Shown here one piece after another: positions 13,507-27,209 of a stretch of DNA of 64,000 nucleotides (positions within the stretch are counted from its first letter, which is position 1; each line of letters begins with the position of its first letter). A program made the position numbers and the translations under genes. Location: contig OZ024753.1 of assembly GCA_964016885.1 (NCBI GenBank), positions 7,750,001 through 7,814,000 on the forward strand, read 5' to 3'. The stretch is from Eledone cirrhosa. Lineage: Eukaryota. The notes under the pieces are model-generated. The model was not told the origin of the DNA. It was given only the letters and a program-made list of their open reading frames with translations, and did not search any database.

Positions 13507-13695
13507 CAATACCCGAATTACATGATCGTTTTTTGGCTATGCGAATGATTGTTTAACCATCGGTCTCAGTATGTTTGGCTTTCAACGTTTGTTGTAGCTC
13601 TGATTCATCTAAATCATTGAGCACTTGCCGCACATCTCGGAGGTTGTTTTTCGTTATTTCGTGGGCCGAAATGCGAATCTCGATAATTTATGTTT

Positions 13696-13754
<59 letters not shown>

Positions 13755-13839
13755 ACAAAGAAAGTGTGGTAAGGGACCAGGAAGACCATAATGCACCAGA
13801 GTACACAATACTGCCAATCCACCACCCTTCCACTTTAAA

Positions 13840-14670
13840 AAATTGTTTCTACTTTTGGCACAAGGCCAGCAATTCCCCCAGTGTATTACTGGTACTTTAT
13901 TTTATCGACCCCCGTCAGGATGAAAGGCAAAGCTAACCTCGGTGGGATTTGAACTCAGACCATAAAGGGCCGTAACCCAATGCTGCAAATCTAACCTCGG
14001 TGGGATTTGAATTCAGACCATAAAGGGCCGTAACACAATGCTGCAAAGTTAATCTCGGTGAGATTTGAACTCAGACCATAAAGGGCCGTAACGCAATGCT
14101 GCAAAGCTAACCTCGGTGAGATTTGAACTCAGACCATAAAGGGCCGTAACCCAATGCTGCGCAAGCTAACCTCGGTGAGATTTGAACTCAGACCATAAAG
14201 GGCCGTAACCCAATGCTGCAAAGCTAACCTCGGTGAGATTTGAACTCAGACCATAAAGGGCCGTAACCCAATGCTGCGCAAGCTAACCTCGGTGAGATTT
14301 GAATTCAGACCATAAAGGGCCGTAACCCAATGCTGCAAAGCTAACCTCGGTGAGATTTGAACTCAGACCATAAAGGGCCGTAACCCAATGCTGCAAAGCT
14401 AACCTCGGTGAGATTTGAACTCAGACCATAAAGGGCCGTAACCCAATGCTGCGCAAGCTAACCTCGGTGAGATTTGAACTCAGACCATAAAGGGCCGTAA
14501 CCCAATGCTGCAAAGCTAACCTCGGTGAGATTTGAACTCAGACCATAAAGGGCCGTAACCCAATGCTGCAAAGCTAACCTCAGTGAGATTTGAACTCAGA
14601 CCATAACGGGCCGTAACACAATGCTGCAAAGCATGGCATCTGACCTTCTGCCGATACTGCCAATCCACCA
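13840..14670 (-). mobile_element. tRNA-derived SINE family A with internal ~58-bp unit amplified ~12x (13930-14630)
   Basis: Head (revcomp TGGTGGATTGGCAGTATCGG) at 14670, tail at 13840. Unit AAGCTAACCTCGGTGAGATTTGAACTCAGACCATAAAGGGCCGTAACCCAATGCTGCA. Confidence 0.92.
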
Positions 14671-14921
14671 CTCTGGACTAAATAGATTTGATAGTTTAGT
14701 ATTCTCGGCCATGGACACCACCTAGGTAAATGATATAAGAAACTAACCCATTGGCTGATCATATTTTATATGAATTCAGCAATTTCCAGTTCTTGATATA
14801 TTCTAAAGATAATATATTTCCAATCTACTGGATTTGGAGATTGTCCATCTCTCACAGCAGTTCTATATTCCTGGTTTGATTGTAAAGTTTGGCTTATTTG
14901 GAGTTAGCAGAATACGCATAC

Positions 14922-14958
<37 letters not shown>

Positions 14959-15122
14959 AATATATATATATATACACACATATACATACATATACATACA
15001 TAGATATATACACATATGCATACACACACATGCATACATACCTACATACATATTTACACACACACATGCATACATACATACATACCTACCTACATAAATA
15101 CCTACATACATACATACATGCA

Positions 15123-15154
<32 letters not shown>

Positions 15155-15155
<1 letters not shown>

Positions 15156-15360
15156 GGTGGCTGCCAACTCGTTTTCGAGTACGGCCACTACTTTACATCC
15201 ATGTAGGATAACCCCTACCGAAGCGCTGAACGAGTGTGACTTTTTAGTCCAGCCAGCGACTTGAAACCTCTGGTACAAACACTACACCTGTGACAATCAT
15301 TGACACATAGTGCTAGGCCCATGGTAGGACAATTATTGACACATAGTGCTGGGCCCATGT
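15155..15360 (-). mobile_element. RTE (BovB-like) LINE extreme 3' end with C2H2-like finger
   Basis: ORF end HRCSVCTRGFKSLAGLKSHTRS (C-x2-C...F.S..GL.SH.R), typical of RTE C-termini; short 3' UTR. Confidence 0.65.
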
Positions 15361-15648
15361 GAGGACAAGTGCAGAGAGATCTCCAGATATAAAGCAATGC
15401 CTGTGCCGTGAAGCTTTTATAGTGAGCAAAGGCACTGCACAAAGCCAGTCCCACTCTCTTAACCAAGATGCTATTTACCAAAAAGAAGAACAAGTCAACA
15501 TCATTGGATACCATCAGGGTTGCAGGTGTTATATCAGAGTTTTCCTTCTCCTAGAATTCTGCCTTGACTAAGGCTAAAGGGGTCATCTCTCCCGGTGATT
15601 TTGGATGGCCATTGACTCTTAAGAGCTCCTTTGCCCTTTGATACATAC

Positions 15649-15679
<31 letters not shown>

Positions 15680-16011
15680 TACATATACATACATAGATAT
15701 ATACACATATACATACACACATACATATATACACACACATGCATACATACACACATACATACATACCTACATAAATACCTACATACATACATACATACCT
15801 ACCTACATAAATACCTACATACATACATCATCATCATCATCATCATCATCATCGTTTAACATCTATCTTCCACGCTAGCATGGGTTTAGACGGGAATTGT
15901 CCCACGTGGGGCAAGTTTGGTTGTCTCATATATCAAGTCATTAAGTATGGACTGTCCAAATCCAAATTGAAAATGTAAAAGCAAATCGGACATTTCATAC
16001 GTAAAGACTGA

Positions 16012-16092
<81 letters not shown>

Positions 16093-16145
16093 GTCCAGAA
16101 ATAGCTGTCAAAACGGCTTGAGCTCTGCCGTCGGGGTCATACTTG

Positions 16146-16202
<57 letters not shown>

Positions 16203-16990
16203 ATAAACGTGCTGCGTGGTTGCTAATGGGTTACATATGAATAAAGTTAGTCCTTCATCAGTGATCTTCCAACCATCATTGGTATTTCATCACTTTAAAG
16301 ACCACATACCTCCGGTTGGTGCGAGCAACGGCTAAAATAAGTCGTTGGGACACGTAAATAAAGGGGACACGAGAGTGTAAACAAACAAAGATGGTGAAGC
16401 AACGAAAAGTGAGGAAGAAGGAGTCGAGTCCCAAATTTCCATGAATATAAATTCGGTGAAATCGTGAACGAGAGAGAACAAAGACCAATTCTCTAACCAC
16501 TAAGCCATGCGCCTAAATATACATAGTATATATATATATATATATTCTCTTTTACTCTTTTACCTGTTCCAGCCATACAGCTGAGGCCATGCTGGGGCAC
16601 TGCCCTTGATATATATATATATATATTATCCTCAGTCGGTTTTCTCGTTGCTTTGGTCCTTGTGGCTGTCTCATGGTCACAATCTTCAATTTGCCAAGCT
16701 GTCTAAACATAATGTTATTACTCTTAAGGTAAAATACCTTATTGAGTGCTTAGCTGCACATTCCGATTGCATTCGTTAGCTTAGTTGCTGCCAGAGCTTC
16801 GATTCTACTGAACTTCCATTTGTATATATCATCATAATCATCATCATCTTCGTTTAACGTCCATTTTCCACGCTAACATGGGTTAGACACCATCATATAT
16901 ATATGTAGGAGGTGAGTTTTATTGTAGTACAATAAAGCAATGCAGATATCGGATAAGAAGCACTCTACAGTTTGTAGGACTGGAGTATAC

Positions 16991-17325
16991 ATAATATATA
17001 AGAACAAAAGATGGTTAAAAGAGTTCCATGTATTTTATTATGCGCATTTCAAAAACAAATATCATCAAGCAATAATATTTGTGTTTTCATCAGATAAAAC
17101 AGGAAGACATGATATGAAGGTTAAAAAACACTTGTGGATAGTGTAGTTTTAAATCAACATATGTTGATTTAAAACTAAACACAAGTGTTTTTTAACCTTC
17201 ATATCATGTCTTCCTGTTTTATCTGATGAAAACACAAATATTATTGCTTGATGATATTTGTTTTTGAAATGCGCATAATAAAATACATGGAACTCTTTTA
17301 ACCATCTTTTGTTCTTATATATTAT
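16991..17325. repeat. ~335-bp near-perfect palindrome with complete hammerhead motifs on both strands (17216-17284 +, 17032-17100 -)
   Basis: GTTTTAT-CTGATGA-[16-bp stem II, 15 paired, loop GCTT]-GAAA-TGCGCA-TA-ATAAAAT; centre AACATATGTT at 17156-17165. Confidence 0.9.
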
Positions 17326-17520
17326 ATATATATATAGTAGGCAGGATATATGTGGCTAAGATATGGTAAATGAATACATGCTGTGTTACACACTATGTCA
17401 TGTTATACTGGCTAAGACTTCTGTTAAAGGTACCATTATCTGAACCAGCAAGTAATGGCAAACCAGTCGATCAAATAATTGGGATACACATGGCCAAAAC
17501 CACCCCATTATCACACATTA

Positions 17521-17551
<31 letters not shown>

Positions 17552-17734
17552 CATACATACTCATACATACTCATACATGTGTGTTTATAAATATATATAC
17601 ATTTACATATATATAAACATATATATATATATATGCCTATATATATATATATAAGCATATAAGCCTATATATATATGTTTCCCGTCCAAACCCATGCAAG
17701 CGTGGAAGATGGACGTTAAACGATGATGATGATG

Positions 17735-17843
<109 letters not shown>

Positions 17844-17990
17844 ATATATGCATTTTTATATATATACATATATAAGCATATATGCCTGTATATATATAAG
17901 CATATATGCAAGCTCGACCTGATGATGATGAATATATATATATATATATAAGCATATAATAAGCCTATATATATATATATATATATATAT

Positions 17991-18199
17991 ATAGGAACGA
18001 GTAGGACCCCGACGGCTGAGCTCAAGCCGTTTCAATGGCTAATTCTGGACGCTTTACACCTGAGTCCAGAATTAGCCGTCGAAACGGCTTGAGCTCAGCC
18101 GTCGGGGTCCTACTCGTTCCTATTACCCACTCTACTACCCTAAGTATTGAGTACTTTCGTGCGTTATGGTCTATCTGGTTCCTTACCACACGTCCTTCG

Positions 18200-18202
<3 letters not shown>
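17991..18202. mobile_element. Fold-back element family H1
   Basis: Arms 17991-18050/18064-18123; GAAA-CGGC-TTGAGCTCA-GCCG-TC; embedded in (TA)n. Confidence 0.8.
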
Positions 18203-18275
<73 letters not shown>

Positions 18276-18375
18276 ACTCCAAATACTTGTCGAGTGCTTT
18301 ATATCAGTTATAAAAATATTTGCTTGTTGTATCCCAACAATTTGAATAGAACTTTTGTATATATATATATATATA

Positions 18376-18511
<136 letters not shown>

Positions 18512-18839
18512 CACAGTGTTCACTGTTTGGACTTGTAGTCATTATATAGTATTTTTATATTTTTATGTGTATGTTTAGTCTTTTTTTGTGTTGTTTTTAT
18601 TCATATTTCAGCAGTTTTTTCCCCATAGTTTCCTCACTTCCTCTCTACACACCCTGCTCCTTCCATGACCACCACCACAGCCTCTCACATCTCTCTACTT
18701 ATATATAGGACTCCTGATAAACAATTCACTCACTCATTCATATATTCATAGCTTATTTATTGATTTCTTTTCTTATATATTATATTCATTTATTTGTTCA
18801 TTATTTGTGTTTGTCATAGAATTATTGGCAACAATCCTT

Positions 18840-19149
18840 TACTACTACTACTACTACTGCTACTACTACTACTACTACTACTGCCTACTACTACTACTGC
18901 TACTACTGCTGCTGCTGCTACTACTGCTGCTGCTGCTACTGCTATAACTACTACTACTACTACTGCTGCTGCTGCTACTGCTATAACTACTACTACTACT
19001 ACTGCTGCTGCTACTACTGCTATTGCTGCTACTACTACTACTTCTGCTGCTGCTGCTACTACTACTACTACTACTGCTGCTACTACTATTATTGCTACTA
19101 CTACTACTACTACTACTACTGTTGCTGCTGCTGCTGCTACTACTGTTAT

Positions 19150-19181
<32 letters not shown>

Positions 19182-19631
19182 ATATTACCACTACTACTGC
19201 TGTTACTTCTACTACTACTATTACCACTACTACTGCTGTTACTACAACTAATACTACTACTACTACTACTACTGCTGCTACTACTACTGCTATTACAACT
19301 ACTACTACTACTAACTACTATTACCACTACTACTGCTGTTACTACTACTACTACTACTGCTGTTACTACTGCTGCTACTACTACTGCTATTACTACTACT
19401 ACTACTACCACTACTGTTACCACTACTACTGCTGTTACTACTACTACTACTACTGCTCTACTACTACTACTGCTGCTGCTACTACTACTACTGCTGCTAC
19501 TACTACTGCTATTACTACTACTACTACTACTACTGTTACCACTACTACTGCTGTTACTACTACTACTACTACTGCTCTACTACTACTACTGCTGCTGCTA
19601 CTACTACTACTGCTGCTACTACTACTGCTAT

Positions 19632-19662
<31 letters not shown>

Positions 19663-19742
19663 GCTGCTACTACTACTACTGCTGTTACTACTACTACTAC
19701 TACTACTACTACTGCGACTGCTGCAGTTGCTGTTGCTGCTAT
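18840..19742. repeat. (CTA)n/(CTG)n trinucleotide array
   Basis: Direct inspection; produces spurious poly-L/T/Y ORFs. Confidence 0.97.
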
Positions 19743-19825
19743 GACCAAATGTGGGGAGCACCCATGTACTATATCAAACTGTTAAACATAGCAGGGATAT
19801 GTCCCTCAAATAACACCCTCCTGTC

Positions 19826-22470
19826 AATGTAGTCCAAGATACACTTATACAGTACATTAGATAATGTAGTCCAAGATACACTTATACAGTACATTAGATA
19901 ATGTAGTCCAAGATACACTTATACTGTACATTAGATAATGTAGTCCAAGATACACTTATACTGTACATTAGATAATGTAGTCCTAGATACACTTATACTG
20001 TACATTAGATAATGTAATCCAAGATACACTTATACTGTACATTAGATAATGTAGTCTAAGATACACTTATACAGTACATTAGATAATGTAATCCAAGATA
20101 CACTTATACTGTACATTAGATAATGTAGTCCTAGATACACTTATACAGTACATTAGATAATGTAGTCCAAGATGCACTTAAACAGTACATTAGATAATGT
20201 AGTCCAAGATACACTTAAACAGTACATTAGATAATGTAGTCCAAGATACACTTATACTGTACATTAGATAATGTAGTCCAAGATACACTTATACTGTATA
20301 TTAGATAATGTAGTCCAAGATACACTTATACAGTACATTAGATAATGTAGTCCCAGATACACTTATACTGTACATTAGATAATGTAGTCCAAGATACACT
20401 TATACAGTACATTATATAATGTAGTCCAAGATACACTTAAACAGTACATTAGATAATGTAATCCAAGATACACTTATACTGTACATTAGATAATGTAGTC
20501 CAAGATACACTTATACTGTACATTAGATAATGTAGTCCAAGATACACTTATACTGTATATTAGATAATGTAGTCCAAGATACACTTATACAGTACATTAG
20601 ATAATGTAGTCCCAGATACACTTATACTGTACATTAGATAATGTAGTCCAAGATACACTTATACAGTACATTATATAATGTAGTCCAAGATACACTTAAA
20701 CAGTACATTAGATAATGTAATCCAAGATACACTTATACTGTACATTAGATAATGTAGTCCAAGATACACTTATACTGTACATTAGATAATGTAGTCCAAG
20801 ATACACGTATACTGTACATTAGATAATGTAGTCCAAGATACACTTATACAGTACATTAGATAATGTAGTCCAAGATACACTTATACAGTACATTAGATAA
20901 TGTAGTCCAAGATACACTTATACAGTACATTAGATAATGTAGTCCAAGATACACTTATACAGTACATTAGATAATGTAGTCCAAGATACACTTATACAGT
21001 ACATTAGATAATGTAGTCCAAGATACACTTATACAGTACATTAGATAATGTAATCCAAGATACACTTAAACAGTACATTAGATAATGTAGTCCAAGATAC
21101 ACTTATACTGTACATTAGATAATGTAGTCCAAGATACACTTATACAGTACATTAGATAATGTAGTCCAAGATACACTTATACTGTACATTAGATAATGTA
21201 ATCCAAGATACACTTATACAGTACATTAGATAATGTAGTCCTAGATACACTTATACAGTACATTAGATAATGTAGTCCAAGATACACTTATACTGTGCAT
21301 TAGATAATGTAGTCCAAGATACACTTATACTGTGCATTAGATAATGTAGTCCAAGATACACTTATACAGTACATTAGATAATGTAGTCCAAGATACACTT
21401 ATACTGTACATTAGATAATGTAGTCCTAGATACACTTATACAGTACATTAGATAATGTAGTCCAAGATATACTTATACAGTACATTAGATAATGTAGTCC
21501 AAGATACACTTATACTGTACATTAGATAATGTAGTCCAAGATACACTTATACTGTACATTAGATAATGTAATCCAAGATACACTTATACTGTACATTAGA
21601 TAATGTAGTCCAAGATACACTTATACAGTACATTAGATAATGTAGTCCAAGATACACTTATACAGTACATTAGATAATGTAGTCCAAGATACACTTATAC
21701 AGTACATTAGATAATGTAATCCAAGATACACTTATACAGTACATTAGATAATGTAGTCCAAGATACACTTATACAGTACATTAGATAATGTAGTCCTAGA
21801 TACACTTATACTGTACATTAGATAATGTAGTCCAAGATATACTTATACTGTACATTAGATAATGTAGTCCAAGATATACTTATACTGTACATTAGATAAT
21901 GTAGTCCAAGATACACTTATACAGTACATTAGATAATGTAGTCCAAGATACACTTATACAGTACATTAGATAATGTAGTCCTAGATACACTTATACAGTA
22001 CATTAGATAATGTAGTCCTAGATACACTTATACAGTACATTAGATAATGTAGTCCTAGATACACTTATACAGTACATTAGATAATGTAGTCCAAGATATA
22101 CTTATACAGTACATTAGATAATGTAGTCCAAGATACACTTATACAGTACATTAGATAATGTAGTCCAAGATACACTTATACAGTACATTAGATAATGTAG
22201 TCCAAGATACACTTATACAGTACATTAGATAATGTAATCCAAGATACACTTATACAGTACATTAGATAATGTAGTCCAAGATACACTTATACAGTACATT
22301 AGATAATGTAATCCAAGATACACTTATACAGTACATTAGATAATGTAGTCCTAGATACACTTATACAGTACATTAGATAATGTAGTCCAAGATACACTTA
22401 TACAGTACATTAGATAATGTAGTCCAAGATACACTTATACAGTACATTAGATAATGTAGTCCTAGATACA

Positions 22471-22475
<5 letters not shown>
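19826..22475. repeat. 37-bp satellite, ~71 copies
   Basis: Unit GATAATGTAGTCCAAGATACACTTATAC(A/T)GTACATTA, head to tail, no spacers. Confidence 0.98.
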
Positions 22476-22520
<45 letters not shown>

Positions 22521-22742
22521 CAAATGGCAGTCCAGCATATACGAAGCCGGAGCCTCAGCTAAGCCGACGAATATTTTCAGCAATGGAGCCCAGCACTCGA
22601 CAAGGTATAGGACCTCAGAGTAAATAACATACAGTTTAAAGGGCTTTGCAAAATGAAGACAGCGACTGCTAATTCGGCTGGAGTCCGTAGCTACGAAAGA
22701 ACTGACTCGTGAGAAAAAATTCATATACATACATATATATAT

Positions 22743-23032
22743 ATTATTTTATAGAAGGAGCTTCTACAGGACTAGTACTGTTTCATTCAGATGAAATCTT
22801 CAGGAAGCTGGGTGTCATATTAAGTTCTGGTATTTATACATTTAGGTAGTGGTAAGGGAAAATGTATAAATACCAGAACTTAATATGACACCCAGGTTCC
22901 TGAAGATTTCATCTGAATGAAATAGTACTAGTCCTGTAGAAGCTCCTTCTATAAAATAATTTTTTTTTACTCTGCCATGTATTGAGTACCTTACTTACTG
23001 TGGTTATCCCCGACTCAACCCGGGACCTACGT
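22743..23032. mobile_element. Fold-back element family H2 with hammerheads on both arms (22759-22809 -, 22894-22944 +)
   Basis: Minus arm: AGCTTC-CTGAAGA-TTTCATCTGAAT-GAAA-CAG TACTAGTC CTG-TA-GAAGCT (6-bp stem I, 4-bp stem III, GTA site). Palindrome spans 22743-22960. Confidence 0.85.
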
Positions 23033-23115
23033 ACATATATATATATATATACAGTTCATACATATATGTGTGTGTACGCAGGCATATACATTGCTATCGG
23101 TGATATTTACATAGA

Positions 23116-23149
<34 letters not shown>

Positions 23150-23477
23150 ATTAATTGTTTCTACTTTTTGGCACAAGGCCAGCAATCACCCAGTGCATTA
23201 CTGGTACTTTATTTTATCGACCCCGTAAGGATGAACGGCAAAGTTAACCATGGACTGAGTGCTCTACAACTACGGATATTACCTTCCAGTGTTCTACCTA
23301 TATATATATAAGCAAAAGAGATATTCAATTTGTTGGTAATTCAACAAATATAAATGTTTATAACTGATTCAGAGCACTCAACAAGTTTCTGGAGTATAAT
23401 ACACAATGATATTAAATAAATGGAAACTATATAAACTAAATATGGTTTTATAAATATAGTTTCCATTTATTTAATAT

Positions 23478-23543
<66 letters not shown>

Positions 23544-23559
23544 ACCCAGCAGATAGGAA

Positions 23560-24160
23560 AATCAGAGAGGCAAGTGAAATAGAACTTAGAAGGCCAAAGC
23601 TAAACAGAAAAAAATGAATGGAATAACAACAACACACAAATAAACAACACTGACTTAAGAGAAATATAAATAAATAAGTATATACACAAGCACAATAACA
23701 ACACACACTAGTAAACTAAGATAGAATACAATAACCAAAACACAGTCACCCAAACTCGAACACACACCAAACACTATACACACACGCATGCGCAGAGAAG
23801 AGGACAAAAATTTACAAAAAAACAGATTAAATAAAGATGGCGTAAATATACAATACAACAGGTGGAACATAATAGCACCACTGACGATGTTGCATATGTG
23901 CAACGAAAGAACTTTGTTAGCCTATATATATATATGTGTATATATCTATATTATATCTGTATTTTTGACCGTTGGTCAGTCAATGGTAAACAATGAGGAC
24001 CGAATTAACTGATATAAAGGATACAGAAGCGAAAACCAACCAAACGGTGAGTGTGTTCTGTTATTAATTCTAGCAATATTATTACAACAATATGACCCTC
24101 CCCAAGTATAACAATATGTTTCGACACACGGTTTCATATCAAAAACCTCGCAAAACAAAT
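23560..24160 (+). mobile_element. Non-coding element family H4 with hammerhead core (23881-23914)
   Basis: CTGACGA-T-GTTGCA TATG TGCAAC-GAAA-GAAC-TT; shares ATGACCCTCCC.AAGTATAACAATAT with 43045-43506. Confidence 0.6.
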
Positions 24161-24323
24161 ATATATATATATATATATATATAATAACGCATCGGGTTTG
24201 ATGCGCCTTGCCAAAATAATAGTGGATTATTCTCTCTCTATATATATATGTAACCTACATAGAGCACTCTTTTTTCCTGGGCCTTTCTGACGGAATTACT
24301 TCATTTATAAATATATATATATA

Positions 24324-24407
24324 TACAGTGTGTCCCCCACCAAAACGTATACACATTTGAGTTATCTGCTGTTGAAGTGTATATACGTTTTGAGAGAACA
24401 CTCTGTA
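24324..24407. mobile_element. ~80-bp Tc1/mariner-type MITE
   Basis: TA|CAGTGTGT..AAAACGTATACAC ... GTGTATATACGTTTT..ACACTCTG|TA. Confidence 0.65.
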
Positions 24408-24461
24408 TATATGTATATATGTATGTATATATGTATATATATATATTTATTTATTCCGGTT

Positions 24462-24525
24462 CGGGCTTTCCTGATGATTTCCTCCGAATGAAACAGTTCT
24501 AGTCCTGTAGAAGCCATTTCTATAT

Positions 24526-24530
<5 letters not shown>
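24462..24530 (+). ncRNA. Hammerhead motif family H2 (single arm)
   Basis: TTTC-CTGATGA-TTTCCTCCGAAT-GAAA-CAG TTCTAGTC CTG-TA-GAAG. Confidence 0.7.
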
Positions 24531-24556
<26 letters not shown>

Positions 24557-25451
24557 CGAATCTACCGACAAGATCCCAGAAGTCATTCGCGTACCGAGTG
24601 AGGTGGAACTCGTCAAACTGGACGACCAAAGGAAATAATGTTTTGTTTCCTTTGGTCTTTCCATTGCTGATATTATCTACCGGTTGCATCTCCTGGCACA
24701 CATACACACATACACCCAAACACATAAATACATACATACATGCACACAAACGCATACATACATACACATACATACATACATAAATAATAAACATATGCGT
24801 GATTAGCTATATGGAGCTCTCCTGCAGTTTTCTTTTTCTTTCCCTCCACGCAATTATATTCAAGCTTAACCAATACTTTATTTTGCCGCATAACACAATA
24901 ATGTAAATATTCAAGTAAAAGAACTTTATGAAAAGAAAAATCTATAAAATCGGGGTTTAGTCCAATCTAATATAACAATGTGTGTTTAATCAAAAATCCT
25001 TGTATGAAGACCTTGTTTTTGTTTCTTCAAAATGTTTAATCATACTGCCTTGTGTTACTTGAATCGAAGTATTTTTATGAATGTTATAGTTATTAGTTTA
25101 AGCATACATTGCTGTTATATAACTAATTCTATAATGGTTTTACTGATGTCCATTAACATGGAAATTTTATATTAACCTCTTAAATAAAATAATTTCTAAC
25201 AGGGATAAAATATAACAAATTTATTGGCGGGTATTGTAACATGCTTGAATTTTTTTAAACCAAACTTTATGGCTCGCCACAAACATTGTCTGCTAGAGAT
25301 AATTGAAAGATACGGGTACTTCTATCCAATATTCACTCACCGTTCAACTGTCATTGAATCATATGAAACTTAAACTAGAGAGAAGCTCGGGCACTCGCTG
25401 TGGTGTGTGATAGATTATGAACTTGGTATTGACAACATCTCCTTTCATTTT

Positions 25452-25523
<72 letters not shown>

Positions 25524-26205
25524 GGGGTATTGTCAACACCAAGTGTATCAATATATATATATATATACTGTATAGAGTTAGGATCTAGTTGTCGAAATGG
25601 CCAGAGCTCAGCCATCGGGGTCTTGACTGTTTTCTTATATATCTCTATGTATGTTGAATTTTGACAGCTCTGGTATTTGTGTTTGTAATTTCAAGTTATC
25701 TAGAGTGTCAGCATATTTTTGGGGAGGAAAAAATGTGAACTTTGCTGTTATGTAATTTCATGTACATCGTTTATTTCGATATAACGAATAATAAAAGAGA
25801 AAACCAATAGATAAGCTTTCCGCGCGCATGTATCAACCACGGGTCGAAGCAGGATATATTCGTTTATACCACTAATGCTTTTGGGAAAAAGTATAAATAA
25901 TAAATTCCACAAACCTTTGATGTTCTGTGTCAAATAAATCCACTATTGCTAACTTAGACATAAACTAGGAAATTGTAAGGAAGGCGGTTATCTCCCCTTG
26001 CTGCTCAAAGAGAGGCTAAATCAAGTCTTTTGGCATTCAAACAAATCCAGAACTTAGGGAACATTTTTAGTCAAGTCTTAGAGATGGGGGAACTTCCGGC
26101 CTTCTATGCCATTCTGTGCGGCTTTTTGAAAGAATTAAGAATTTCTAATAAATAATGAATCGTTATTAATATGTTTTCGTCTATCTCTTATTATTTTAAT
26201 TTAAA

Positions 26206-26394
26206 GGGTGGTAGATTGGCAGTATCGGTAGAGGGTGGGACGCCATGCTTTGACGCATAGAGTTACGGCCCTTGCCATTCTGAGTTCAAATCCTGCCGAG
26301 GTCAACTTTGCCTTTCATCCTTACGGGGTCGATAAAATAAAGTACCAGTAATGCACTGGGTAATTGTTGGCCTTGTGCCAAAAGTAGAAACAAT
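26206..26394 (+). mobile_element. tRNA-derived SINE family A
   Basis: A box TGGCAGTATCGG, B box GAGTTCAAATCC, central GCCTTTCATCCTTACGGGGTCGATAAAATAAAGTACCAG, tail GGCCTTGTGCCAAAAGTAGAAACAATT. Confidence 0.9.
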
Positions 26395-26522
26395 TATTTT
26401 AATTTAAACCATAAATGAACGTATTTTAAATACGAAAGTGTTAAAGAAAATTTCAACGAAATAATCCACAGTGACAGACAGCTAGAATTAAACACTTAGA
26501 AGATAATTGGGATCATTTAAAG

Positions 26523-26831
26523 CAGTAGTGGGCAACCTGCTGCCCGCGGCCCCCATGTGGCTCACGAAGCTTTCTGAATAGCTCACCTAAGTCAACCAAG
26601 TGAAATCTTTCTGATTTTTTACCCCAACTTTTCGGTCGTAATTTATCTTTCTATCATTTTCACGATCGAGGAAAACAACGTGTACGAATTCTGAAGAAAC
26701 AAATCAAAACAACCTGAGTTACTGTACTTTGTTTTTAATGTGGGCACGAATGTAAATTAGCACTTGCGGCCCGCCTGATGATGAACCATATCTCATGCGG
26801 CCCGCTCCTCGAAAAAGGTTGCCCATGCCTG
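26523..26831. mobile_element. hAT-type MITE
   Basis: TIRs CAGTAGTGGGCAACCT / AGGTTGCCCATGCCTG; subterminal GCGGCCCG motifs; imperfect 8-bp flanks ATTTAAAG/ATTTAAGC. Confidence 0.75.
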
Positions 26832-27209
26832 ATTTAAGCTAACTCATGCTGCCTACATCAGTTATAGTACTTCCTTGAAAGAGGCAGTCATTAAAAGCTT
26901 TAAAATTAAATCTTTTTCGTTTCTTAGATAATTAGTATATAGTAATTAAATTATTCTTTTTACAAAATAATGTAGATTTTAAGAATATATAATTATGGTT
27001 GCTTGAATATAGCCAAATTATATTACACCACTTAATGTGGCCTTTTAACATGAAAAAGTTCCCCACTTCTAGTCTAGTCCTATTTTATTGCCTGTCTCAG
27101 GCCAGGAGAGTCATCAGGCCGGTACGTATCCCGATTTCGTGGGGTGAAGCAACTGAGAGTATAAGACTCCCCCCTGGACAGGACGCCAGTCCATCGCAGG
27201 GTTCAACTC

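Noticed and set aside
13930-14630. Regularly spaced repeats as a CRISPR or tRNA array
   Set aside because: No spacers; the unit is an internal piece of SINE-A and cannot form a cloverleaf.
18794-19832. Mucin-like poly-Thr or poly-Leu ORFs
   Set aside because: Pure (CTA/CTG)n trinucleotide tract with no splice or domain context.
19826-22475. 37-bp repeat with an internal palindrome resembling a CRISPR repeat
   Set aside because: Units are head to tail with no unique spacers, there are no cas genes, and the context is eukaryotic.
24830-25370. Possible decayed GIY-YIG/Penelope coding remnant on the minus strand
   Set aside because: Too degenerate; I could not recover a convincing motif by eye. 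Needs tBLASTx or HMMER.
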